Shown: positions 25,259 through 38,398 of the stretch, piece by piece | How the letters are laid out: each line of letters begins with the position of its first letter | How positions within the stretch are numbered: position 1 is the stretch's first letter | NCBI GenBank assembly: GCA_904063045.1 | Contig: CAJFCJ010000013.1 | Coordinates: 726,156-790,155, forward strand | Direction: 5' to 3' | Origin: Dimorphilus gyrociliatus | Taxonomy: Eukaryota > Animalia > Annelida | DNA: 64,000 bases | Program-made: the position numbers and the translations under genes | Notes under the pieces: model-generated | Databases searched by the model: none | The model's input: the letters and a program-made list of their open reading frames with translations, nothing else | Told to the model about the DNA's origin: nothing

Positions 25259-27062
25259 TTAAGCAAATAATACTTTTTTCGAAGTTGGTTCAACCATAAG
25301 AAGAGCTGGTTTTTCTATGGCAGTTTGAAAGGCTTGCATGAAACTCTGAGCAATATCGTCGCTAACAGCTCTGTTATCGTATGAGAGTTGACTCATCATT
25401 GAATTAATTGTTGTTTCGTCTTCTTGAAAAACTTTTCTTGATCCCCCTAAGGCTAAAATTCCAACTTGTGGGGGATTAATAACGGCTGAAAAGAAATCAA
25501 TTCCGAACATTCCGAGATTAGAAATGGTAAAGGTGCCCCCTTGAAATTCATGAAGTTGTAGCTTCCCATCTCTCGCTTTATGAGCTAAACTATTTACAGT
25601 TTCTGATACTTGTTTGACGTTTAGTGTCGATGCGTTAAATACAATTGGGGTAATCAAGCCTTCAGCGGTTGATACGGCAACTGAAATATCAATACTCCTA
25701 AAGACTCTAACGCCTTGATCATCACCTAAATAATGGGCATTCAACTCAGGTACAGTTCCAAGAGCGAATGCTGTTGCCTTAATGATAAGATCATTAACTG
25801 ACACTTTAATGCCCTCCGCTTTTAGTTCCTGCCTCAAACGAAGTAGAGAAGTCATATTGCAATCGGCAATAGCATAGCTATGAGGAATAGAACTTTTCGA
25901 TTCTGTAAGACGCTTAGCAATAGTTCTACGCATATTTGTGAGAGGAATATCTACATAGTCTCCCGTCTGAGAAGGTGTTGTAACCGGAGTAGCTATAAAG
26001 AAAAAGAAAAAAACGATTTTTTTTTTTTTAATAAACAAATTTATTCTTGCTTACCCTTTTTCGTAGGCTTTAAATTTTTCTTTTCAGTTTTTGATTGAGG
26101 CTTTAAATTCTTATTATTTATATAATCCAAAACATCTCTGTATGGGCAATAGCAAAAAAAAGATTTATATCTCTTCTTTTTTTTTTTTAATTTAAATATG
26201 TAAATTAACAAATTATTTTTTTAAAAAACTAATAATTACCCTTTCAGAACCATTCCGTTATGTCCGGTACCGGCTATATTATTAGCATCTAGTCCATATG
26301 CTTCTAAAATTAATCGAACAGCCGGACCGATTGGCATACTATAATAATTTTTTATTAGTAAAAATTAATACGGTTTAAATTACAACATACTTTCTATTGT
26401 TCGATTTTTGTGGACCAGTTTGCTCTTTTTTGGATTGATTAGACTCTGCAGTAGGTTTTATCTCTTCTGTTGTGGCATCTTTAGGAATTTCAACATTTTG
26501 CCAATCATCTCCCTCATCTACAACTAGACCGATTAGAGTTCCAACTTTGATATCTTTAGCATTTTCCTCTTTCTACCAATCAAAATTATCATTTTGATTA
26601 ATCAATCCTTCGTTAATTATTCTGTAAATTTAAAAAGAACTTACAATAATCTTTGCTAATATGCCTTCATCCTCTAAATCAAAAGAAACGACTGCTTTAT
26701 CGGTCTGTATTTCGCAAATAGCATCTCCAGCTTGAATAGCGTCTCCTGGAAAAATTTAGAAATGAAAATTCTGCAGCAAACATTTTCCTGCAAACCTTCT
26801 TTCTTTAACCACCTAACAATCGTTCCAGTTTCCATTGTGGGAGACAGAGATGGCATTTTAATTTTCGTTGTTGCTGATCAGTTGGAAAAATGTGTAAAAT
26901 TATGATTTTAATGCATTGATTATAACCTATTTGCAACGCACCATGATTTATATTTTGAGTGTGAATTTTTTTACAATAAAGTGAGGCATTTACTGATGCA
27001 GAAATATTAAAACTCTTAAAAGCTGACAAAGGTCGATGCAATCTCAAACATCGAGCCGCCAT
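25259..27062 (-). CDS. PDHX: Pyruvate dehydrogenase complex component X (E3-binding protein), 7 exons
   Basis: Mitochondrial leader; single lipoyl domain ([20 protein letters not shown]); PSBD ([17 protein letters not shown]); core [31 protein letters not shown]. The catalytic DHR motif reads DNR. Confidence 0.88.
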
Positions 27063-27719
27063 TTTCGCATCGTCTGCTTAAAAGTCGGGCGTGCTTAATA
27101 TAGGATGGGATTGAACATTGGAACTTGGATCTAAATTTAGCAATCACTCATGACAAATAGACAACAACTAATTAAAATTCATCAGCAGACAGGACAAACA
27201 GCTGGAAAATAAATGTATATATATAATTATATATTTAAATATATACGTATAAAATCTAATTAAAAATTCTTCCTTACAAAAATTAATCTATTTTTAAAAT
27301 TTTCGAATAGTTTGTAAGAGTTTATAAACTAAGTTATTTTTCATTAAAAAGATCCTTATCATATAGATCTGTTAGTAGAATGATAAAATAAAACTTATCT
27401 ATTAGTTTCATCTCTTTAAAGAGTAACATTAATCTGACATTAAAAAGTTTACTATTTACTGAATAACTTCTGAACCATTAAAGATATTATTGTTGCTAAA
27501 CAAATATTTAAACTATTTAACTGTTTTATATAAAAATTTATTGGTTTTTGTGTATTAAGTAAAAATAAATATTACTTTTTTCTCTTAAAAAGCATTTGGA
27601 ATAAGTTTTTGAACAAAAAGAGAAATGTAGAAAAAAGAGAGAGAGAGAGAGAGAAATTTTTAAAAAATGTCTATTTATTGTCAATAGTTGCTCTATCTAA
27701 CCATTTGGAAACAGTAACA

Positions 27720-29570
27720 TTTATAAGATGAAGTCGATCTATTGGACCAGGATGGCATTCGATCAAAAGTTTATGATTCATTAAGGCCGCTGTAAAGTTA
27801 ATAAGGTTTTTAAATTATGAAAGAGATTTTTTTCTATTTAAATGGTTTTTGTACTAACGAAATACTCCAAAAAGGAAAAAATGTAGACTTTGTAACCGAA
27901 ATCTCTTTTTATCATCCAAAATACTACAAGTATCACATAACTTTTCATCAAAAACGAAATAACGTGCAACATCGGTTGAAAATAATTTATTCATAACGTT
28001 ATTTATTAAATGGCTACCAGTTTCTCCACTTTTCCTTGAGATAATTTTATGCTTATTAAATAATAATTATCTAATTAAAGCATTTACTTGAATTATATTA
28101 AAAGTATACGAACTAAAACAAATATTGAATCTTGTTGATTGTTATCCAACAATGCGGACGATAGACCATTTAAATCTTTAATTGGATAAACTGAATCAAA
28201 TAATTGTTGTTCTTCATCTTTTATTTCATCTTCCTTCGACATTAAACATATCCCATAAACCCCATTACGATAAGAAGTAACTTTATATAAAGATGAAAAC
28301 TTTGTTGTTAGTTCATCTAAGACAAGCAACAAAAAGTTTTTAATATAATTATCTTCTTTTCAAAGTATCAATTACAAGCAATCTTTCATTGTACATATTG
28401 TTCTCCCCTTAGTTAGTTCCCCCTCCCCTATTGTATTGTAAAAGTTCATAGAGTGCATGGATATTTAGGCAGCTATATGTATATATATACAATTTTCAAA
28501 CTATTATTTTAAGACTTACGACATATTGCTGAAATTTTATCTTCATCGCAGAGAAATTCAACTCTTCTAGTTCTGTTTAAATTAATTATATAGAATATTA
28601 ATTCACCCTTTTGCTTTTTAACTTTCATCCACAAAGTCTTTAACTTCACCTCAAAACTTGGTCGAAAGTTTCTTCCTTGTTCACTACATTTGAAATTATA
28701 TCCTTACAATAATAAGTATTATACTAATTGAAACAAACAAACCTAAGGAGTTTGTCTTATTTATCATTGTCATTTTATCAACTTCGATAAAACAATCGCG
28801 CATAAAAGGGTTCACCATTATGTCGTTAATTTTTATAAGACAAGGTCCAATTAAGCCTAAATTTTTTGGAAAGTTTGAAGTATAAGTCGGACTTTCGAAA
28901 GCGGTCCATCTCTCTGAGGTATTTTCGTCTTTGATGTAAGTGTCTAAATCGTCTAATCTTTCAGACCAATCTGTGAAGATAAGTTTCTTTTAGGATTATC
29001 ACCATTATTAAGCAATACTACAGAGATCGATAGAGAAAGAGAGAGAAAGGGTGAAGGAAGAAAGAAACAGAGAGAAGGGAGGAAGAATAGAGATATAAAA
29101 AGATATAGATAGATAGAGAAGAGAAAGATATTCTTACAATTCTCCGATCTCATTCTCGTTCGGTCATCATCTAGAAATATTTTTACGCTACGCTGTAAAA
29201 GTTTTTGTAAAATGACGTTTATTTTTTGCCATTCTATATCGAATTCTTCCATATCTTCATTGCAATTAGTAATGATACAATCTTCGAGATCATTCGTTAA
29301 AAGAAGTGGAGATTGATCCATTGCAATCGGTATATCTTCGAAAGGAAAGAAGAAATCAACTTCTTTCAGAAAATCATCATTATCATCAACAACTTCATTT
29401 TCATTCAGGATTGATTCTTCTGCAAAAAAAGAAATAATACTGTAATTAACTGACAAACAAACAGTTACAAGTGTTGCACAATGCAAAGAACAATAATAAC
29501 AGACTTCGCAACTTTTAGTTACGATATAGAAAGAATTTCTTCTAATTAACATGAACATTCTTACGTACTC
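27720..29570 (-). CDS. Uncharacterised multi-exon gene or genes (acidic N-terminal exon 29419-29138; further exons to about 27.7 kb)
   Basis: Open exons bounded by GT-AG sites (29419-29138, 28971-28818, about 28704-28607, 28571-28520, 28320-28110). No recognisable domain; exon chain only partly phase-consistent. Confidence 0.5.
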
Positions 29571-31146
29571 ATCATCCTTAAACAATAAAGAATCTTTGCA
29601 TAGATAATTAGCTGATATTCTAGAAGTTTTTTTTCAAAAAAGAAACGAAAGAAATCTATTGTTTGCTCTTATCTCTTACAAACTAAAATAAAACTTTTGT
29701 ACTCGTTTATAACTTACTATACAAACTAGCTAATTTGCATAGCCGGTCGAATAACCAAAAAAAAAAGAAAAAAAACTCTGTACATGCCTTAGGACATTAA
29801 TAACCGATATAGGTTTATAAAGTTCTTAAGTTACGTAAGCTGAGAGATACAAGGTTTTTCGGATGCTCCACTTCTATTACAATAAACAATAAAGGATGAG
29901 AGAGACGGGAGAAAGCAGAAAATGAACAATAAGAATAATAATATAATAATATCAAACTAAACATGACAATTATATTCCTATTCTATATCGTAACCTTTTG
30001 TAAACCTAATAAAAAGTATTTAAACAATTATAAATGATTATCTTATTTAAATATTTATCTTGAATAAATCAACTCCTAATTAACTATGGAATTAGGTCGG
30101 ATTTTATTATATAGTATATTCATAAAGAAAGACTAAAAACTTTCTTCAAAAGGATTAGGTAAACACTTGAAGTTTGATTTTTTTACGCATTTGTTTGTTA
30201 AGAAAACTAACCTTTTTGTGGAGGAAAAATTTGTTAAGTATACTTTAATTTAGGGTTGTTTTTGTCAATTTTCAAAGGGACCATAGATATAAAATGCACT
30301 TGGTAGACCCACATAAAAAAGACACGCATGTGTACTTTTTTTTTTTTTACATAAACTTACAACACGGACATATCAATAAGAAAACAAACGATTTCGTTCT
30401 AAAATGAAGATCTATGAAGAGAGAGAAGAAAGTATAGTATTGAATAAGAATAAATAGCTGAAACTGGCTTGATAGACGGATAGCTTGTTAGTTCGAAAGT
30501 TATTGGATTAAAAGCATCAATGATGAGACATTAATAATAAAGGTAAAATTACCGAACGGAAGTAGGATTATTTATCTTATAATAGTATAAAGGCCTATAT
30601 TTATATATATATATTATTTATTTACTGATTGACTAAGTATACATTAAAAAATATATTAAAATAAAATAACTTTTATAATTAAAGTTCTTCTTTTAAATAA
30701 CTATTCAACATTACTTTAACTTTTTAGGCCTATATCTCATACTTGAATAGCTGAAAGATGTCATTCTACTAAATATCATTTTATCAGCCTATATTCATAA
30801 ATAGATTAATGAATATTTATCAGTGTGATTTGTTTTTAATTAAATAATCATTTTTTTAGTCATTTTTTAATATTTTTATTATAAATATCATTTGAAAAAA
30901 AAAAGAATAAAAGAACATTTTTATTGAAGCAGTCTTTTAATAGTTGAAGGATATAAAATTATTAAGGTCAATATTCTGAAGTCTTCCGCCGACGCTTGAG
31001 ATAAGTATACGTCGGTATTCGATGAATAATATCCTATAAAGAGTTGACATAAAAAAAAGTTCGTTATCTCTTAAAAGCAGAGGACGCTCGCTTCAGTCAT
31101 CTTATCAGTCTCACCTGAACAATAGCAGCGTCCGAAGACTGAAAAA

Positions 31147-34100
31147 ATGAGGAAAACTCTAGGATTATACCTGCTTTCTTTCATATTCTTTACATGTTTT
31201 TCAACATGTTTATCAGGTAAAAGTTATAGAAATCAGTATTCTTGATAGTTTTGTTGAAAACGACAAGCGGAAATTATGAAATGTTTTTAAAACTTCCATA
31301 TTTGCTACAAAACATTTATATTTGCAAGTATTATGCTAGAAAAAATGAATAGTAATCTCTTAAAGATGTACTGGTATGGAGCCTAAAATTACTGTTTTGG
31401 AGTTTTAGCGCCAAAAGTTCTTTATTGAAAATCTACTATATCTCGCCAAAAAAAAATCTTTAATAAATTCTATTTACATTTTCAGTACGATTTCTGTCGT
31501 CTCCACCTAATTTGATAGGAAAAGTTGGAGAAAGTTTAGAAATGGGGTATTCATTTGACGGTAAAATTTTATATTAAACAATTATAATATCGCTCAGTCA
31601 CGCTTTTATATTTAAATCAGAGACTACTAATATGGGTCTTTTTGGAGATAGACCTGTAGTCCCTGACCGAATATATCAAACTCCGACACTCTTCGCTACC
31701 ACTTGGTCAGTAACACCAGCTGGAATATCTGATCGCTATAACTTTACTATTAGAAGCCTAACAAAAGTAAGAAATAGTGAACTGGAAACTAATAGTTTAT
31801 TAATAAATAATTTCAATTTAAGGATGTTCGAAAAAGAATTACCGCTGAACTTTTGACCACCGGTCAACCAATATACCGTAATCACAGCATCACAGTGTAC
31901 GGTAAGTACTGTACACAGTTATATTTATTGAAATTTTCACCAACGATTTTGATCCTCTAACCACAGATTCGAATCCAGTCCTTACTCGAAATCCGCAAAA
32001 TAATCTTAAAGATGGCGATAAATTCGAGCTGACTTGTACATTTGGAAAATGGGGCCACGGAATCTTTACTGGTGACTTCTACGTAGACAACGAAACGATT
32101 TCTGGTGGCAGTGCAGACTTTAAAGTAGAGAGTGATAAGATTATTTTTTCTGCAAATTTTACTGCTGACTATAAGGTTGATAGAAAAGACATCACTTGCA
32201 GAGTATTTTCTAAAGATCAGGGGTTCCCAAATTATATTGCAAGCAACACAATACGATTTGAAGTTGAACGTAATAAATAGAACATAAGTTGTTAAAATAT
32301 TTCTTACAGAATGTATATATTACAGATAAAGTAACACAAATAAAGATTTCACCTGATCCATCTCAATCGGATATTACAGTGAAATCAGGTGATACCATCA
32401 ACTGCACGGCATCTGGAAATCCTCCTCCTGATTTTGAGTGGAGAAGAGTAAGTACTAAGAGTATGAATTTATATCAGTATTCATAAAAAATTATATTTCT
32501 AGAAAGACGAATCCGAAAGTCCTAAACAGGGAAAAACACTTACAGTTGCTAGCAATTGGGAAAATGGTGAACGAACATATATTTGTACCGCCAAAAACGT
32601 AATTAATCAACAGCTTTATACACAAAATGCTTCTATTACTTTTAAAATTGGTAAGCTGTTTAAAATAACTAATATTTAAATATGTATTAAATGATTTAAT
32701 TTAAATTAACAGATAATGCTGGAACATCGTCAGGAAGTAAATCTGGAACCGGTATGTTGAACTTGATGCTTATATCTTTAGCATATTACCTTTATTAACT
32801 TCACCCTGGCTATTTTCATCCGAATAATAATCACCTTGAATTACTTCATGTCTTTAGATAACACACGCTTTTTTAATCAAACATATATATTTACCATTTG
32901 ATCTGGCTTCTTTTTAAAAATAAAACACGCTTTAAACTTATGAGGTGCCCAAAGAAATGTTTCAAAACCCGATGCTTTTTCCTTAGAGAGTCATTTTTTA
33001 GGGCAATCAGCACCCTATTTTTATTAAACAATTTAACTAGATTGTAAGTCTAGTTTTATGTTGTATTCAAAATAAGCTAGACTTTTTAGATAGTCTCTAT
33101 TTTATCTTATAAAATTAAACAGAGGCTTGGAAGATTGCTGTTGCAACTGTTGGTGCTATTTTGGGAGTAGCCCTAATTGTCGGAATAATCGTAATAGTCC
33201 TCGTATTAAGGAAGAGAGGACGTAAGCATATTTCTTCCAATTTATCTCTTTCGAAATCGAAACAAGCATTTTCTCTTACAGAACAACCAAAGCCGCCAAT
33301 ACGGTCTGATGCAAGTAGATCCCAAAATAACGGTAATTATTAGGCCAAAAGTCTTTTTTATACCCACTCAGATGTATCATAAATCTTAACTAATCAATAT
33401 ATTTTTTTCTATACAATTTCTTTTATAACTTTAATCAGCTAATGATAACAACGAACTTCCAACTCAAAGGTAATTTATTCATTTTTTTATTGCATACTTA
33501 AAACTGTTATAAAATAATTCTTCTAAAAGAATCAAATGATCAATATATTGTCTAGTAATTTTTACTTTTTATTCTTTGTGTTAATTTAATCTGCTCTTTT
33601 CCTTTTAAATTAACAAAACAACTAACAATTTCGTTTCTAACCAAAAAAAATAACTGTGAACATGATTGTAATTTTAAAAAAAAGTACAAAAATGGTTGAC
33701 ACATGTCTGGACCTTACAAATATTGGTCATTTGTCTATAGACCTAGTACGCTGCATGAATATTAATTAAATATCATTTGTTAAAGAAAACCTGATAATAG
33801 AGTCCCAGCTGACATACCTCGTAGTGTAGGTCCATCTGTGGGTCCTCCAGACAGCACGCCCTTGTACAGTGAGCTACAAAGGTAGTTTGAGACATTGGCG
33901 TTTAGCATTTTTGTACGAATTGGTATATTAATTTCTAATTATATTTATTCATGAAGACCGAAAAGACCGTCAGCCTACGACAACCTTCCACCATCAGCTT
34001 ATCAAACACATAATGTACCATCCTCCAGAGCTCCTTACATGCAAGGTGATTTCGACGATTCTTTGACTAGCTCTAATGGTCCTCCACCAGAATTATCGCA

Positions 34101-34291
34101 GGCGCCAAGATATGTAAGTTCTCTAGTTTTTAATTTTTAACCTAAATTAGAATGTTATCCCTTTAAAAATTTAGATTATGCCATCTGGGCCACAGCCCAG
34201 ACCCTCTAGACCTTTAAGACCGAATTCAGGCACAGGACCAACAACAATGGCACCAGGCTACAATAATTATTCTCCCGATACCCAAGTTTAG
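31147..34291 (+). CDS. Single-pass Ig-superfamily cell-surface protein (about 3 Ig-like domains, TM, proline/tyrosine-rich tail ending DTQV)
   Basis: Signal peptide exon 31147-31216; Ig motifs FELTC..ITCRV and INCTASGNPPPDFEW..YICTAKN; TM VGAILGVALIVGIIVIVLVL-RKR; about 13 phase-consistent exons to TAG at 34291. Confidence 0.85.
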
Positions 34292-34920
34292 GTGTTTTTT
34301 TTTTTCATTTTTAATTTTTGCAAAACGAATGTTAAACAAAATTTTAATGTAAAAAGGAAAATTGAGTTTTATAGACAAAATGTTTGTTATTTTTAACGTA
34401 AAGTAAATGATTTGTTAATTATATGAAAAAAAAGAAAAAGAAAGAAAGAAGATTGGAAAAGAAAGAGGGAGAACTTTTTTTTTTATCATCTTGCCATTTA
34501 TAATATTTATATATTTTACATTTTTATTTTGTGATCGATATTGAAACTAGCTTATTTTAGACTTAGTTATTCTATATATCATCAGATAATTATCATTTGA
34601 AGAGAGGAAAACAACATTTAAAATGATTTTGTGTATCAGTCTTAAAATATGAAAACCATTTATCTAAAACCATTTTGAATATGAATTGTCTTTTTGCAAA
34701 AGTATTTATATAATGTATACGTAAAATTTTGCCTTTCACATCAGGCCTACCTAACTAGCTAATTGCATTGCCTATCATATTCTTTTTTTGTTGTTATTTT
34801 TATTACATTCATTCAAATAGCTCGTGGTTTCTATATTTTTAATCAATATAGTCGTCAAGAGCGTAGATCGTGTTTAAACAAAGCAAGAGGTGGATAGATA
34901 ACAGATAGAGGTTCATACAC

Positions 34921-34922
<2 letters not shown>

Positions 34923-34948
<26 letters not shown>
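34923..34948. repeat. (AT)n microsatellite
   Basis: AT dinucleotide run downstream of the Ig gene. Confidence 0.9.
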
Positions 34949-34955
<7 letters not shown>

Positions 34956-36550
34956 CATATATCAAAATATCAGCAATATCTCTGATTGTTAATGATAACA
35001 AAAGTTTTATTTCTTCCTTCTTCTTACATTTTCCTAAAAAGTAAAGATAAACTCTTTGACTATGTTTTCTGTTCTTTTATACATTTCTCTTCAAAACTGA
35101 CAAGTAGATATAGCAAAAAAATGTATCCTTATCGTTTTGCTTCTTATCGCATTTCCTCTCCTAAATTAGCTAAATTTTTTATTATCTATCATATGAAACG
35201 ATATAAGCTTTTTTATTTATTGCTCTAACTGTTCGTTAGTTAGACTTCTATAAGTATCGTTTATATCAAAAAGAAAACAAAACTGCAGCTGTATAAAGTT
35301 GGACTTTAATATTTTCTTCTTTACATTTAAAAGCAGTAAAGCTTTCTGATTTTAGTAAACAAAAGATAAGAGAAAGACTACAATAGATTTCAACCTAGAT
35401 CTAGAATAAAACAAATCAATAAGCAACGCTATCTTTTTCTAGAGATTACGGTAAATTGATGAAATACCTTAAGGGAATTTTACCTTCTATTATTCATTTG
35501 TTTTTTTGCTTATTATGTCATATTGTTGCGTTATTAAATAAATTCCACTTTTATCAAAATGGAATAACTTCCTCATCTTTTTTTTGAACTATTAAATTCT
35601 CTTTATAGCATTTTCGCTCTTTTTTATTGATAACGTTTAGTACTGATTAATTTACGTTGTATCTCGAGAAAAATCGTCAATAATCAAAATTACTTTAATA
35701 TATAGTAGTTAAAAGTTTTCAATGGTACTCTCATACTCGGTATTTAGCAACAACCACTTTCTTCTTATAACCTTTCAATATCACTTTAGAACGGCTTGTA
35801 AAATGACGCCATCTATCGAGTAAGTAAGCTTGTCCGTACAACCGTTAAAGAAACGGGAAAAAAAAAAGAAAAATCCAACAAAATAGTCCTTAGTTACGCG
35901 TACAACACCTGGATACTCTACAAATTTAGCTATCTTTGATATTTATTTATATATCTAAAATAGTCAAGTACTAAAATAAAGTTGGAACAAAGACTTAAAA
36001 CGCAGAATATAACAATCCCCTTTTCGCTTTCCCTTTCTAAATTTTTCTTATAACAAATCCATCACATCAAATATAAAAGGGAAAAAGGGAACTATATTCT
36101 TTAATCAAATGAATTTTTCTATACTTAATGTCCTTTCCTGAGTCATTCTTACAGACAGAAAAAGAGAGCTTTTTATACCCCTATTCATAATTCTATTTAT
36201 ATCTTTATATATTTAAAAGGCAAATGTATCGATCGTGTTCGCTAAAAATACAATGGAAATCAAAATGAAAAGATCTTATAGATAATACTAGTCACTGTAA
36301 AAAAAAAGGCACTTTATAGCCTTCATTTGTAAGGATTTATGCTAATCCCTGTCGAATATTTATCCAGCATGAATAAATCGTATAGGACTCACTAAACAAA
36401 CATTTTCTAAAAAATCAACAGGAAAAAATAACACGCTAACGACTTCCGACTTAGATTTAAAAACTTTACTGCTTTTTTATTATTTATACTATCCAACCTT
36501 CCTACCTTTTTTGCTTTTAGAACTTATAAATTAGTAGATAATTTACTATA

Positions 36551-36567
36551 TAGATGGCGCTACTATA
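36551..36567 (+). promoter_or_regulatory. CTCF-like motif (one of six: 24955, 35805, 36551, 38513, 46122, 56853)
   Basis: TAGATGGCGCTACTATA matches the AGATGGCGCTA half of the CTCF consensus; near-identical copy at 38513-38529. Confidence 0.55.
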
Positions 36568-36692
36568 CAAAATAATTTTGGAATTGCAGACGAAGCAGCA
36601 AAGTACCCTGTTCTGTGGTTTTTTTGTTGTTGTAATTGTTGTCTGCAAGAGTCGATTTTTCCTATTTGAAAAGAATAGGTGAAAGTCTTCCT

Positions 36693-37675
36693 ATGAGACT
36701 CTCAAAGAGACGTCATATTACTAACGTACTTTTGACTGTTTTCTGCATCTTTATACTCTATACGCTTATACCAAAGAGGCCGATTAAGAGACTAGTGAGC
36801 TATCTGACCGGCTATCATGCTATAAACAAATGTAACCCCTTAGTAAGCCCCGTGAAGAGCAAACATCCAGTAATCGGTTTGTCTTATAGAGGAAATTAAA
36901 TAATTTTATAGCCAATCTTATTTCAACCCTCAACAGCTCTGCTAGGATCAGATGAGTCTGGTGTAGAAGTCCTCCGTTTCCTTATAGAACAACTAAGCGG
37001 TTTCTATACTGGAAGCGTAAGAGAGGCAAATAGTGATATTTTTGACTTAGACGGCCATACAGGGCCAGAGGTTCGTTAATTATTCATTACTCCCTCATCT
37101 CAAAATTATATCTATATACAATCCAGGTGATTGCCATTCAAGCGGAAGAGCTTTCAGATTTAGGTCATGTAAATGGTTTGGTAGTTGTCTATAGGAAATT
37201 AGAAGATATTGTAAGAGCACAATTCTCGAAGAAGGTTGGGAAAGGAGTTTTCGCAGAAGCGCCTTTAAGAGCTTACTACGGCCCTAATTGGAAGAGTTTT
37301 GCAATTAATCATGGCAATAGATGGGAGACGCTCTACCGAAGTTATTTTGCAGTTAAAAAACTCCCAACATTGATAATACATTACGAAATGCTTTTAAATC
37401 GGGAAGATATGAGATCTGAATTAAATAAAGTAGCCAATTTCTTTCATTTTCCAGTCTGGTCGACAATAGAGGATTGTGTTGTCAGCGGTAATTTAGACGA
37501 AACCCTGAAACTTCTATATCCAAAAAAATTAAAACCAGGATTTAAGCCATTCTCATTTCTACCTAAATATCATATGGATCGTTTTCGAAAGGTACAAAGT
37601 GAAATTGATGATATAGTTAAAATGAAAGAGGAAAAATATGTTCCTTTGACATTAGCTGCTCAAGAGAAGGTTTAA
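36693..37675 (+). CDS. Type II membrane WSCD1/2-like sulfotransferase-fold protein lacking WSC domains; exons 36693-36876, 36937-37070, 37127-37675
   Basis: N-terminal TM anchor; LIEQLSGFYTGS matches WSCD LIE..TGFYTGS; IIHYE matches VVHYE; W.SF...W spacing retained. Confidence 0.72.
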
Positions 37676-37778
37676 CCTTCCCCTTTTTGTTTCTCTATCA
37701 ATGAACAAAGAACGTACAGTCACATCTTCATTTATACTTTGAATATATTCTTCGTATTCCTAAATTTTTTCAATAAAA

Positions 37779-38398
37779 TCAATAATATTTACTTTTAATG
37801 TTCTTGTTCTTCTTTGGCCCTTTTTTAACTATGTTCTTACTTGGAACATTTGAACAAGAAGAACAATCACAAAGCATTCTAACCAATAGCATCATTGGTA
37901 TTATAAAGTAAATGGCATAGATTCCAGTTAAATAGACTAAATCCTCCATGTTCTGAGGAGAATTTGGAACGTTCGTAAAATCGGTTACCCATATATGAAC
38001 AAGTATTGACCAAACGGTTGTAGCAACGTGAGCGGAGTACACGATACTTGGAAGTCTTAGCCAGGGACAATTCATCGATCCTTTATAAAAACCATAACAA
38101 GCAAAGAAGAAGAAAGGTAGCTGAAGGGCAGCTTCACAATAAATGAACGATTGGAACCAACCAGGTGGTTTATCCATAAAGGGATCCTTGAAAGTTTCCA
38201 CATGGTATTTTACAAGATTAAGAGCCTGGAAATTGTGTATTAAATTAGTATTGATGGGATAAAAATGAAAGAGAATGGTTTTTTTACCCATTCTGGATAA
38301 AAATAGGTCGGCAAAATCGCCTGCAAATCTATTATGAGCGTTATTGGAATATGCGTTGAGAAATAGGCGAAAAATAACCAATCTAAACATCTAATCAT
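37779..38398 (-). CDS. TMEM97: Sigma-2 receptor / TMEM97 (EXPERA domain); exons 38398-38288, 38225-37779
   Basis: Spliced MIRCLDWLFFAYFSTHIPITLIIDLQAILP..FKDPF..PPGWFQSFIYCE..QLPFF..WLRLPSIVYSAH.ATT. Confidence 0.92.
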
